Positions 1 to 15,152 of a DNA stretch of 15,152 bases are shown piece by piece. Where the stretch lies: positions 1 to 15,152 of the forward strand of contig JBECKX010000159.1 of the NCBI GenBank assembly GCA_040235515.1, read 5' to 3'. Source of the stretch: Candidatus Zixiibacteriota bacterium (GTDB lineage: Bacteria; Zixibacteria; MSB-5A5; CAIYYT01). Under the pieces are notes generated by a model, which was not told the DNA's origin, did no database searches, and saw only the letters and a list, made by a program, of their open reading frames with translations. The position numbers and the translations under genes were made by a program. How positions within the stretch are numbered: the stretch's first letter is position 1; each line of letters begins with the position of its first letter.

Positions 1-131
<131 letters not shown>

Positions 132-157
132 CTATAGAAACAAAATCAAATATTCTG

Positions 158-2236
158 TTAAGCCGGCGTATACTCAAGCTTCTTCGATACAGATTCCGGC
201 ACCTGCTGATATCGAGAGAACTGCATAGTATATATTGCGCGCCCCTGAGTCAAGCTCCGTAATCGGGTTGCGTAACCAAACATCTCAGCGAGCGGCACAA
301 CCGCAGAGAGCACCTGGCCGTCGGAGCGGTTATTGATACCGCCGATACTGGCCCTGCGCGACTGCAGATCGCCCATTACATCTCCCAGATATTCTTCGGG
401 GAGAACGACTTCGACATCCATCATCGGCTCAAGCAGGACCGATTTACCCTTCTTGGCAGCATCCTGAAACGCCATCGAGCCGGCGATTTTGAATGCGATG
501 TCGGATGAATCGACTTCGTGATAGCTACCATCGACCAGGCGCGCGAGCACGCCGACAACCGGATAACCGGCTTTGACGCCGGTGGTCATCGCTTCGCGGA
601 TACCCTTCTCGACCGAGCCGATGTACTCATTCGGAATTGCCCCGCCGATCACTTTATTCTCAAACTTGATCTCTTCCCCACCATCTTCGAGCGGCTCGAA
701 TTCAACGACGACATGACCATACTGGCCTCTGCCACCCGACTGGCGTGCGAATTTCGCCTCAGACTTGACAGCCTGAGTGATCGTCTCACGGTAGGCTACC
801 TGCGGGCTACCGACGTTGGCCTGAACTTTGAATTCCCGCAGCATACGATCAACGAGGATTTCGAGGTGAAGTTCACCCATGCCGGAGATAATCGTCTGCC
901 CGGTTTCCTCGTTGGCCTCGACGCGGAAGGTAGGATCCTCTTCCGAGAGCTTGTTGAGCGCGTCGCCCAGCTTATCCATATCGGCCTTGGTCTTTGGCTC
1001 GATGGCAACCGAGACGACCGGCTCCGGGAACTTCATCATTTCAAGCAGGATCGGTTTATCGGGATCGGAGATCGTGCTACCGGTGGTGACGTTCTTGAAC
1101 CCGATGCCGGCAACGATATCACCGGCTTTGACTTCCTTGACATCCTGGCGCTTGTTCGCGTGCATCAACAGCAGACGGGACAAACGCTCTTTCTTTCCAG
1201 TATTGACATTGAGCACCTGGCTGCCGGCCTTCAGAATTCCGGAGTAGACACGGAAATAGGTAAGGCGTCCCACGTGCGGATCAGACATGATTTTGAATGC
1301 GAGCGCGGAGAATGGCTCATCCACTTCAGGCCTGCGCTCCATTTCCTTCTCGGTATCGGGGTGATGCCCCTTCACCGGGGGCAGGTCCGCCGGGGAGGGC
1401 AGGTAGTCGACGACTGCGTCGAGCAGCTTCTGCACACCCTTGTTCTTAAACGACGAGCCAACCAGCACCGGGGTGACTTTGCAATCGATCGTGGCCTGAC
1501 GCAGCGCCTTCTTGATGTGGGCAACCGGGGGCTCTTCGCCCTCGAGGAACATCTCCAGGAGATGATCATCGTAGTCGGCAACCGATTCAAGCAGCTTTTC
1601 GCGCCATTTACGGGTGACATCCATCAGTGACTCGGGGATTTCCTCATCGTCGAACATCATGCCCTGTGACTCTTCATGGTAGACACGGAACTTCATGTTG
1701 ATCAGGTCGATGGTCGCCGTAAAGAGGTCTCCCTCACCGGCGGGAATCACGATCGGGATGAAGCGCTGGGACAGGCGATCGCGCATCATATTGAGGGCGC
1801 GCTCGAAGGAGGCACCCACGCGATCCATTTTATTGATATAGGCGATACGCGGCACTTTGTACTTATCGGCCTGGCGCCAGACGGTTTCGGACTGTGGTTC
1901 GACGCCACCCACCGCGCAGAAGAGCGCGACGGCGCCGTCGAGCACACGCAGGGAGCGCTCGACTTCAGCGGTGAAATCGACGTGCCCGGGCGTGTCGATG
2001 ATATTGATCTGGTGATCTTTCCAGTGGCAGGTTGTAGCGGCGGAGGTAATCGTAATACCGCGCTCTTTTTCCTGCTCCATCCAGTCCATCTGCGCGCCGC
2101 CTTCGTGCACTTCACCCATGCGGTGGCTCTTACCGGTATAGTAGAGGATGCGCTCGGTGGTGGTGGTTTTGCCGGCATCGATATGAGCCATGATGCCGAT
2201 ATTTCTGAGTCGTTTAATATCCATAATTAGAGACAA
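158..2236 (-). CDS. fusA: Elongation factor G
   Basis: Motifs [23 protein letters not shown] and GMGELHL. Start placed at TTG 2236 ([14 protein letters not shown]), 5 nt after GGAGG at 2242-2246. The ORF-track GTG at 2248 overlaps that SD; ATG 2224 is an alternative. Confidence 0.98.
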   Translation of the reverse strand: MSLIMDIKRLRNIGIMAHIDAGKTTTTERILYYTGKSHRMGEVHEGGAQMDWMEQEKERGITITSAATTCHWKDHQINIIDTPGHVDFTAEVERSLRVLDGAVALFCAVGGVEPQSETVWRQADKYKVPRIAYINKMDRVGASFERALNMMRDRLSQRFIPIVIPAGEGDLFTATIDLINMKFRVYHEESQGMMFDDEEIPESLMDVTRKWREKLLESVADYDDHLLEMFLEGEEPPVAHIKKALRQATIDCKVTPVLVGSSFKNKGVQKLLDAVVDYLPSPADLPPVKGHHPDTEKEMERRPEVDEPFSALAFKIMSDPHVGRLTYFRVYSGILKAGSQVLNVNTGKKERLSRLLLMHANKRQDVKEVKAGDIVAGIGFKNVTTGSTISDPDKPILLEMMKFPEPVVSVAIEPKTKADMDKLGDALNKLSEEDPTFRVEANEETGQTIISGMGELHLEILVDRMLREFKVQANVGSPQVAYRETITQAVKSEAKFARQSGGRGQYGHVVVEFEPLEDGGEEIKFENKVIGGAIPNEYIGSVEKGIREAMTTGVKAGYPVVGVLARLVDGSYHEVDSSDIAFKIAGSMAFQDAAKKGKSVLLEPMMDVEVVLPEEYLGDVMGDLQSRRASIGGINNRSDGQVLSAVVPLAEMFGYATRLRSLTQGRAIYTMQFSRYQQVPESVSKKLEYTPA

Positions 2237-2238
2237 AA

Positions 2239-2286
2239 ACGCCTCCACTGAGAATTCGTACCAGTACAGTTTTCAGCGGAGGACGT
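2239..2286 (-). promoter_or_regulatory. Hairpin sequestering the fusA Shine-Dalgarno
   Basis: In the mRNA, CCUCCGCUGA (2282-2273) pairs with UCAGUGGAGG (2251-2242): 10 bp with one G-U, extendable by ACG/CGU past a bulge. Followed by a U run into the TTG start. Confidence 0.6.
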
Positions 2287-2302
2287 ATGTGGTTTTGCAG
2301 TA

Positions 2303-2773
2303 CTACCAGCGGAAATGTGCGAACGCTTTGTTCGCTTCCGCCATTCGGTGCGTGTCCTCTCTCTTCTTAATTGAGGCGCCTTCGTTATTGGAGGCAGCCA
2401 AAAACTCAGCGGCCAATCGCTCGGCCATTGTCTTTTCAGAACGGCTGCGTGAGAAGCCGATCAACCAGCGGAATGCCAGCGCCTGACGACGCTCGGCGGC
2501 GACTTCGACAGGAACCTGATAGGTAGCGCCACCGACGCGGCGAGATTTGACTTCGAGGATCGGCTTTACATTATTCAGAGCCTTGTAGAATACGTCAAGA
2601 CCCTTCTGGCTTGCCTTCTTCTCGATGATTTCCATCGCATCGTAGAAGATACCTTCAGCGACAGACTTCTTGCCACGCGTCATCAAGTTATTGACGAACT
2701 GTGAGACTACGATATCACCATACTTCGGATCCGGTTTTGCCGGACGCTTATCAGCAGCTTTTTTCCTTGGCAT
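2303..2773 (-). CDS. rpsG: 30S ribosomal protein S7
   Basis: Motifs [13 protein letters not shown] and [15 protein letters not shown]; 156 aa; between rpsL and fusA. Confidence 0.99.
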   Translation of the reverse strand: MPRKKAADKRPAKPDPKYGDIVVSQFVNNLMTRGKKSVAEGIFYDAMEIIEKKASQKGLDVFYKALNNVKPILEVKSRRVGGATYQVPVEVAAERRQALAFRWLIGFSRSRSEKTMAERLAAEFLAASNNEGASIKKREDTHRMAEANKAFAHFRW

Positions 2774-2825
2774 TACGCTATGCTACTCCGATAAAGATTA
2801 CTAAAGACTGTTTTCAGACAGCTTG

Positions 2826-2875
2826 GCTTCGACCACTTGCGACTCTGCGCGAACGCGACTGCGTTCGGGCGAAGC
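2826..2875 (-). promoter_or_regulatory. Structured rpsL-rpsG intercistronic element (candidate S7 autoregulation site)
   Basis: Perfect 7-bp hairpin CGAACGC-AGUC-GCGUUCG (2850-2867) inside an outer GCUUCG/CGAAGC stem (2870-2875 with 2826-2831). Same position as the E. coli S7 operator; function is inferred. Confidence 0.4.
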
Positions 2876-2910
2876 AACTGAGATCGAACCCGAGACCTGG
2901 CAAGGACGCC

Positions 2911-3285
2911 CTATTTTTTCGGGCGCTTGGCACCGTACTTCGAACGTCCGCGGGTACGACCCTCGACCCCAGAGGTATCCATCGAACCTCTGATGATATG
3001 GTAACGCACACCGGGAAGATCTTTGACACGGCCGCCGCGAATCATGACAATCGAGTGTTCCTGCAGATTATGCCCGATACCGGGAATGTAGGCCGTCACC
3101 TCCATCTGGTTGGTGAGGCGCACACGAGCGACTTTACGCAGAGCCGAGTTCGGCTTCTTCGGCGTGGAGGTATACACACGGGTACAAACTCCGCGCTTCT
3201 GCGGCGACCGCTTGAGCGCCGGCGTATTGGTCTTCTCTTTTATCTGCTTGCGACCCTTGCGGATCAACTGGTTAATCGTCGGCAA
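2911..3285 (-). CDS. rpsL: 30S ribosomal protein S12
   Basis: Motifs [17 protein letters not shown] and [13 protein letters not shown] start with AAGGA 5 nt upstream. Confidence 0.99.
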   Translation of the reverse strand: MPTINQLIRKGRKQIKEKTNTPALKRSPQKRGVCTRVYTSTPKKPNSALRKVARVRLTNQMEVTAYIPGIGHNLQEHSIVMIRGGRVKDLPGVRYHIIRGSMDTSGVEGRTRGRSKYGAKRPKK

Positions 3286-3323
3286 ATTAGTCCTTCCTTT
3301 ACCAGCCGTCTATCTTCAGTTAT

Positions 3324-3359
3324 AAAGTAAATGTTTCGGGCGCAAGCGCGCCCGAAACA
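3324..3359 (-). terminator. Intrinsic terminator-like hairpin after rpoC, at the 5' end of the rpsL leader
   Basis: Perfect 12-bp stem UGUUUCGGGCGC-GCUU-GCGCCCGAAACA followed by UUUACUUU. Confidence 0.65.
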
Positions 3360-3365
3360 AGATTC

Positions 3366-3392
3366 AAATAATATCAGGGGAGCAGACCGATG

Positions 3393-3396
<4 letters not shown>
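3366..3396. repeat. Arm of an imperfect 31-bp inverted repeat flanking rpoC (partner at 7614-7644)
   Basis: Minus strand reads TTGACATC-GGTCTG-CTCCCCTG-AT-ATTATTT. Confidence 0.7.
3368..3396 (-). promoter_or_regulatory. Sigma70-type promoter for the str operon, overlapping the rpoC stop codon
   Basis: TTGACA (3396-3391), 17-nt spacer, TATTAT (3373-3368), with an extended -10 TGn (TGA-TATTAT). Confidence 0.75.
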
Positions 3397-7526
<4,130 letters not shown>

Positions 7527-7613
7527 CAGGATACCTCCTTGCTGACATTACTTTCGACAATCTTGAATCGGCCCGGTGCGCATTCGGCACGGGTCGAGCT
7601 ATGCTCAACGATA

Positions 7614-7638
7614 TTGACATCACAATCTCCCCTGCGGA

Positions 7639-7644
<6 letters not shown>
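7614..7644. repeat. Arm of an imperfect 31-bp inverted repeat flanking rpoC (partner at 3366-3396)
   Basis: Plus strand reads TTGACATC-ACAAT-CTCCCCTG-CGG-ATTATTT; overlaps the rpoB stop codon. Confidence 0.7.
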
Positions 7645-11430
<3,786 letters not shown>

Positions 11431-11499
11431 GAAATCACTCTCCTTTACACAGAGACTTTGGAAGACAGAATATGGCAAACAGGGCAAAAAGTGCCCTGA

Positions 11500-11527
11500 A
11501 TTTTACATGATTCAACTAGAGCTGCAA
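11500..11527 (-). promoter_or_regulatory. Possible internal rpoB promoter
   Basis: TTGCAG (11527-11522), 16-nt spacer, TAAAAT (11505-11500), downstream of the putative attenuator. Suboptimal -35 and spacing. Confidence 0.3.
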
Positions 11528-11561
11528 GGATCAAAATTTGGTTATTACCCCAGCGCACTGT

Positions 11562-11612
11562 AAAAATAGAAAAACATCCTGAGTCGTCGGAAGTTCCCGA
11601 AAACTTAAGATG
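11562..11612 (-). terminator. Putative rplL-rpoB attenuator/terminator
   Basis: Long imperfect hairpin CAUCUU-AAGUUUUCGGGAACUUCCGACGACUC-AGGAUG (11612-11575) followed by UUUUUCUAUUUUU. Confidence 0.55.
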
Positions 11613-11616
11613 CAGA

Positions 11617-11648
11617 AGGCTCGACCGATCTGCGAGGCGGCCGAGCCT
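11617..11648 (-). other. Stable hairpin in the rplL trailer
   Basis: AGGCUCGGCCG-N10-CGGUCGAGCCU, 11 bp with one G-U that only pairs on the minus (mRNA) strand. Confidence 0.55.
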
Positions 11649-11669
11649 GACATTTGGGAAATGTGCAAA

Positions 11670-12050
11670 TTACTTGATATCGACTTGACCGCCGACTTCT
11701 TCGATCTTCTCGCGGATCTGCTCGGCTTCGTCCTTAGCCACGCCTTCCTTAACCGGATTCGGCGCGCCGTCGACGAGTTCTTTGGCTTCTTTCAGACCCA
11801 GACCGGTGATTTCACGAACGACCTTGATGACCTGGATTTTCTTGTCACCGGCAGCAGTGAGAATCACATTGAATTCGGTTTGCTCTTCGGCAGCTTCAGC
11901 GCCACCGGCAGCCGGCATCATTCCACCTGCCATCATCGGCATGGCGGCGCTGACACCAAACTTATCCTGCAAAGCCGAGGAGAGATCGGAAAGCTCCATT
12001 ACGGTCAATCCGGCGATCTCATCAACCAGCTTTTCAACTTTCTCAGACAC
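11670..12050 (-). CDS. rplL: 50S ribosomal protein L7/L12
   Basis: Motifs [17 protein letters not shown] and [26 protein letters not shown] start after AAGGAG. Confidence 0.99.
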   Translation of the reverse strand: MSEKVEKLVDEIAGLTVMELSDLSSALQDKFGVSAAMPMMAGGMMPAAGGAEAAEEQTEFNVILTAAGDKKIQVIKVVREITGLGLKEAKELVDGAPNPVKEGVAKDEAEQIREKIEEVGGQVDIK

Positions 12051-12185
12051 GGTACAAACTCCTTCTTCCTATCCTGCCAGCCATCAGAAGTCCGTCGGCC
12101 GCGAGTGCGTAAGAACGGCGCGGCACCTTAGAGCATCATCGGGCACCGTTGGAACGGCTTCCATAAGGCTAACTTCTATAATTGA

Positions 12186-12710
12186 TTAACTCTCTACTTT
12201 GTCCTTCATCGCTTCGACAGTGCCGATCAATTCGCGGATGACATTGTCGAAGGTGGTCACCAGTTCGCGCATCGGAGCCATGAGGTATCCGATGATCTGC
12301 GCCTGCAGTTGTTCCTTGGTGGGAAGATCTGCAATTTTCTTGGCATCCGGTCCGGCGTAGATTTTGCCTTCAACCAATACCGCCCTGACTTCCGGCCGAT
12401 CCCGATCGTTGTTTTTGGCAAAGTCAAAGAGGAGCTTTGCCATAGCGCCGGGGTCGTCGGTACCGAAAGCGACGGCGGTTGGGCCTTTCAGGTGGTCGTC
12501 GAGACCTTCAATACCGGCTTGCTTGGCAGCGATGCGCAGCAGAGTGTTCTTGGCTACGGTGTAGCCGATGCTCTTGTTGCGCAATTCGGTGCGAAGGTTC
12601 GTCACGGCCTCTACAGTAAGACCCTGATAATTGGTAATCGCCAGACTGGGAGCCGACTTGAACTTCTCGACCAGTTCAGATACTGCCTGATCTTTTTCTT
12701 CGCGTCGCAT
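12186..12710 (-). CDS. rplJ: 50S ribosomal protein L10
   Basis: Motifs YQGLTV, VAKNTL, LKGPTAVAF and LPTKEQL; between rplA and rplL; GGGAG SD. Confidence 0.97.
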   Translation of the reverse strand: MRREEKDQAVSELVEKFKSAPSLAITNYQGLTVEAVTNLRTELRNKSIGYTVAKNTLLRIAAKQAGIEGLDDHLKGPTAVAFGTDDPGAMAKLLFDFAKNNDRDRPEVRAVLVEGKIYAGPDAKKIADLPTKEQLQAQIIGYLMAPMRELVTTFDNVIRELIGTVEAMKDKVES

Positions 12711-12780
12711 TTTATCGTTACTCCCTATCGGTTAAATTTCCAAATCAGTTTGTTAGTCGCCTGTGTCTGAACTCTTGTCC

Positions 12781-13485
12781 TCAGACCTTGAGCCGTGCGA
12801 CCAATTCTGTCGTGTTCAGGTGCATGCCGGGACCCATCGTCGAACAGATCGAGGCGTTGCGGAGGTAGGTACCTTTCGCAGACGCCGGACGAGCTTTCAT
12901 GATGGCATCCATGAATACCAGCACATTCTGCTGAATGCCCTCTTCGGAGAAGGAGACCTTGCCGACCGGGACATTGATATTACCGGTCTTGTCAACCCGG
13001 TATTCGATTTTACCGGCTTTGAATTCCTTGACTGCTTTGGCGACATCCTGAGTGACAGTACCGGCTTTCGGGTTCGGCATCAGGCCCTTGGGGCCAAGCA
13101 CCTTACCGAGCGGGCCGAGTTTCGGCATCATGTCGGGCGTGGCGATAATCATATCGATTTCGGTCCAGCCACCCTTGATCTTCTCCAGATACTCATCGTT
13201 ACCGGCATGATCTGCACCGGCAGCCCTGGCCTCTTCAAGCTTCTCATCTTTTGCCAGCACCAGGACCGTAATCGACTTACCCGTGCCATTGGGAAGAGCC
13301 ACTGTACCGCGCACCATCTGATCGGCGTGCTTGGGATCGACACCGAGCCTGACAGCCATTTCGACGGTTTCGTCGAACTTGGCGTAGGCGTTTTCTTTCA
13401 CCAGCTTGATGGCATCCTCGAGTGAGAGATCGCGGGCGCCTTTCACCTTCTCGATGGCGTTTCTATATTTTTTTCCGTGCCTCAT
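12781..13485 (-). CDS. rplA: 50S ribosomal protein L1
   Basis: Motifs [24 protein letters not shown] and STMGPG. The ATG overlaps the rplK stop (ATGA). Confidence 0.99.
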   Translation of the reverse strand: MRHGKKYRNAIEKVKGARDLSLEDAIKLVKENAYAKFDETVEMAVRLGVDPKHADQMVRGTVALPNGTGKSITVLVLAKDEKLEEARAAGADHAGNDEYLEKIKGGWTEIDMIIATPDMMPKLGPLGKVLGPKGLMPNPKAGTVTQDVAKAVKEFKAGKIEYRVDKTGNINVPVGKVSFSEEGIQQNVLVFMDAIMKARPASAKGTYLRNASICSTMGPGMHLNTTELVARLKV

Positions 13486-13913
13486 ACTGCCTTCTCCACT
13501 TCAATGCCCATACTGCGGGCCGTGCCGGCGATCATGCTCATGGCGGCCTCGACGCTGGCGGCGTTGAGGTCTTTCATTTTGATCTCAGCGATCTCCTTGA
13601 GCTGCGCCTGGGTTACGCGCGCAACTTTGTCGCGGTTCGGTTCACCGGAGCCCTTCTGCAGTTTCGCAGCTTTCTTGAGCAGCACTGCTGCCGGGGGAGT
13701 CTTCGTGATGAACGTGAAGCTCTTGTCGGCATAAACCGTGATAACCACCGGGATAATCAGGCCGCCCTGCTCGGCGGTACGCGCATTAAATGCCTTGCAG
13801 AACTCCATGATATTGACGCCCTTCTGGCCCAGAGCCGGACCGACCGGCGGCGCCGGAGTCGCGTTACCGGCTGGAATCTGCAATTTTATGAATCCAGATA
13901 TTTTCTTCGCCAC
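13482..13913 (-). CDS. rplK: 50S ribosomal protein L11
   Basis: Motifs [22 protein letters not shown] and GTARSMG. GTG start after AGGAG. Confidence 0.99.
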   Translation of the reverse strand: MAKKISGFIKLQIPAGNATPAPPVGPALGQKGVNIMEFCKAFNARTAEQGGLIIPVVITVYADKSFTFITKTPPAAVLLKKAAKLQKGSGEPNRDKVARVTQAQLKEIAEIKMKDLNAASVEAAMSMIAGTARSMGIEVEKAV

Positions 13914-13929
13914 TCTTACGTTCTCCTAA

Positions 13930-14460
13930 TTATACCGATTCGATCTGCAGGAAATCCAATTCAACCGGCGTTGGCCGTCCGAAGATCGACACCATTACTT
14001 TTACTTTCTTCCGTTCCATGTTGATTTCGGAAATGAAGCCGGCAAAGTCGGAGAATGGCCCGTCGATGACCTTCACCTGATCGCCGGTCCGCCATGGAAC
14101 TTCATCAATTTCAACTTCACGCTCAGAGTCCATTTTGCCCACCATACGCTCAACTTCGTCTTCACGCAGCGGCGTTGGCTTGCCGGCGGCACCGACGAAA
14201 TTGGTGATGCCGGGGGTCTTTACGATACGCTGCTCCAGGCCTTTGTCGAGGTCCACCTGGATCAACAGGTAGGAAGGGAGGAACTTGCGCGTCGAGGTCG
14301 AGCGCTTCCCCATCTTCATCTCGGTGACCTCTTCGGTCGGAATCAGGATCTGACCGAAGCGGTCTTCCAGACCATCGACTTCGATCATCTTCTCCAGGTG
14401 ACGCTTAGCTTTCTGCTCCTGGCCGGAGTAAGTGTGAACCGCGTACCATCTCTTTGTCAT
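13930..14460 (-). CDS. nusG: Transcription termination/antitermination factor NusG
   Basis: NGN domain (KRWYAVHTYSGQE) and KOW domain (GDQVKVIDGPF, VSIFGRPTPVELDF). Start is ambiguous: ATG 14460 chosen, GTG 14481 possible. Confidence 0.96.
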   Translation of the reverse strand: MTKRWYAVHTYSGQEQKAKRHLEKMIEVDGLEDRFGQILIPTEEVTEMKMGKRSTSTRKFLPSYLLIQVDLDKGLEQRIVKTPGITNFVGAAGKPTPLREDEVERMVGKMDSEREVEIDEVPWRTGDQVKVIDGPFSDFAGFISEINMERKKVKVMVSIFGRPTPVELDFLQIESV

Positions 14461-14586
14461 TTTAGCTTGCGTACTTTCCACTTAGCGTATCACTAACACT
14501 TTTGTCTTTGCTCATAGTTTACTATGACTAGTTACCGATGACCTGTCCGTTACTCAAATCTGTGGCTTGACCCGGGCCGGGTGAGC

Positions 14587-14784
14587 CTAGCTCAGCAACC
14601 ACTGCACCAGCTGATTCAACAGCGAATCGACTCCGAAAATGAATGCGGAGATAATGACAGAGGTCACGACCACCACGATGGTTGAGCCGCGGACTTCTTC
14701 CCTAGTTGGCCAGGAGACTTTATCAAGCTCCTGACGGGTTTCTTTCAGGTAAGTAATTACCTTTTCCTTAACACCCATTGCCAT
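14587..14784 (-). CDS. secE: Preprotein translocase subunit SecE (single-TM type)
   Basis: Motif ELDKVSWPTREE followed by one hydrophobic helix; between tRNA-Trp and nusG. Start could be ATG 14778. Confidence 0.95.
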   Translation of the reverse strand: MAMGVKEKVITYLKETRQELDKVSWPTREEVRGSTIVVVVTSVIISAFIFGVDSLLNQLVQWLLS

Positions 14785-14861
14785 CCAAACTACGTTCTAA
14801 ATGTTCAATGCTTCGCACTCGAAGCTCTTCTCTATCAGCATCCAAAATCAGCATTTCAAAG

Positions 14862-14935
14862 CAGGCCAGGAGGGATTCGAACCCCCAACATCCGGTTTTG
14901 GAGACCGGCGCTCTACCAGTTCGAGCTACTGGCCT
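14862..14935 (-). tRNA. trnW: tRNA-Trp (CCA)
   Basis: AGGCCAG/CTGGCCT acceptor stem, anticodon arm CCGGT-CTCCAAA-ACCGG, T loop TTCGAAT, discriminator G. The 3' CCA is not encoded (followed by CTT). Confidence 0.97.
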
Positions 14936-15025
14936 ACAAAGAATTCCACTGCCAAATGCTCAATCTGCAGGTTGCATGCTATCCGTACCGGGTTGTGAAT
15001 CGCCATGGTACGGCCGCAGGCGATC

Positions 15026-15152
15026 CTACTCGATAATTTCCGAGATTACGCCGGCGCCGACGGTGCGGCCACCCTCACGGATGGCAAACCGCAATTCTTT
15101 CTCCATCGCGATCGGCATGATCAACTCTACTTCCATCTGCACGTTGTCGCCA
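15026..15152 (-). CDS. tuf: Elongation factor Tu, 3' fragment (enters from the window end)
   Basis: Manual translation gives [41 protein letters not shown], the EF-Tu C-terminal signature. Not in the ORF track. Confidence 0.98.
   Translation of the reverse strand, partial: GDNVQMEVELIMPIAMEKELRFAIREGGRTVGAGVISEIIE

Noticed and set aside
518..1630. 370-aa plus-strand ORF (also 879-1247 and 1676-2230)
   Set aside because: Antisense shadow of fusA, expected from codon bias in GC-rich genes; no recognisable motifs.
3000..3180. Possible streptomycin-resistance changes in S12
   Set aside because: Both critical lysines (PKKPNS and VKDLPG) are intact.
2701..3330. 209-aa plus-strand ORF and the 71-aa minus ORF at 2814-3029
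   Set aside because: They overlap rpsL or rpsG, have no credible RBS and show no family resemblance.
11439..11455. UCUCU/GGAGA mini-stem over the rpoB SD
   Set aside because: Only 5 bp with a G-U pair; too weak to claim.
11431..11487. N-terminal extension of RpoB in the ORF track (MPCLPYSVF...)
   Set aside because: The SD (AAGGAG) lies inside the extension and points to TTG 11430.
14810..14855. GCTTCG-AGTG-CGAAGC hairpin and a short ATGCTGAT duplication between tRNA-Trp and secE
   Set aside because: Too short to assign, no U tract, and only two 8-nt copies, so not an array.
14801..14998. 65-aa plus-strand ORF
   Set aside because: Antisense translation of tRNA-Trp (GQEGFEPPTSGFGDRRS is a typical tRNA artefact).

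Overview
Core bacterial housekeeping cluster, entirely on the minus strand, read with standard code 11. Order from the right end: tuf (3' fragment), tRNA-Trp(CCA), secE, nusG, rplK, rplA, rplJ, rplL, rpoB, rpoC, rpsL, rpsG, fusA, tuf (5' fragment). The rif and str clusters are contiguous and bracketed by two tuf copies, and there is no rpmG between tuf and tRNA-Trp. I see no accessory genes, mobile elements or CRISPR, and the proteins are canonical. An FCB-group-like origin is my tentative impression only. The unexpected signal is non-coding: spacers on either side of a gene are complementary to each other in nested antiparallel order. This is clear for rpoC (31-nt arms, 23 Watson-Crick pairs) and rpsL (about 24 bp), moderate for rpoB, and weak for rplJ, nusG-rplA and fusA. 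It suggests long-range mRNA 'closing stems' around ORFs, some covering Shine-Dalgarno sites and some mutually exclusive. All pairings were found by eye and are untested. I also found a near-consensus sigma70 promoter overlapping the rpoC stop, an anti-SD hairpin over the fusA RBS and a likely rplL-rpoB attenuator.
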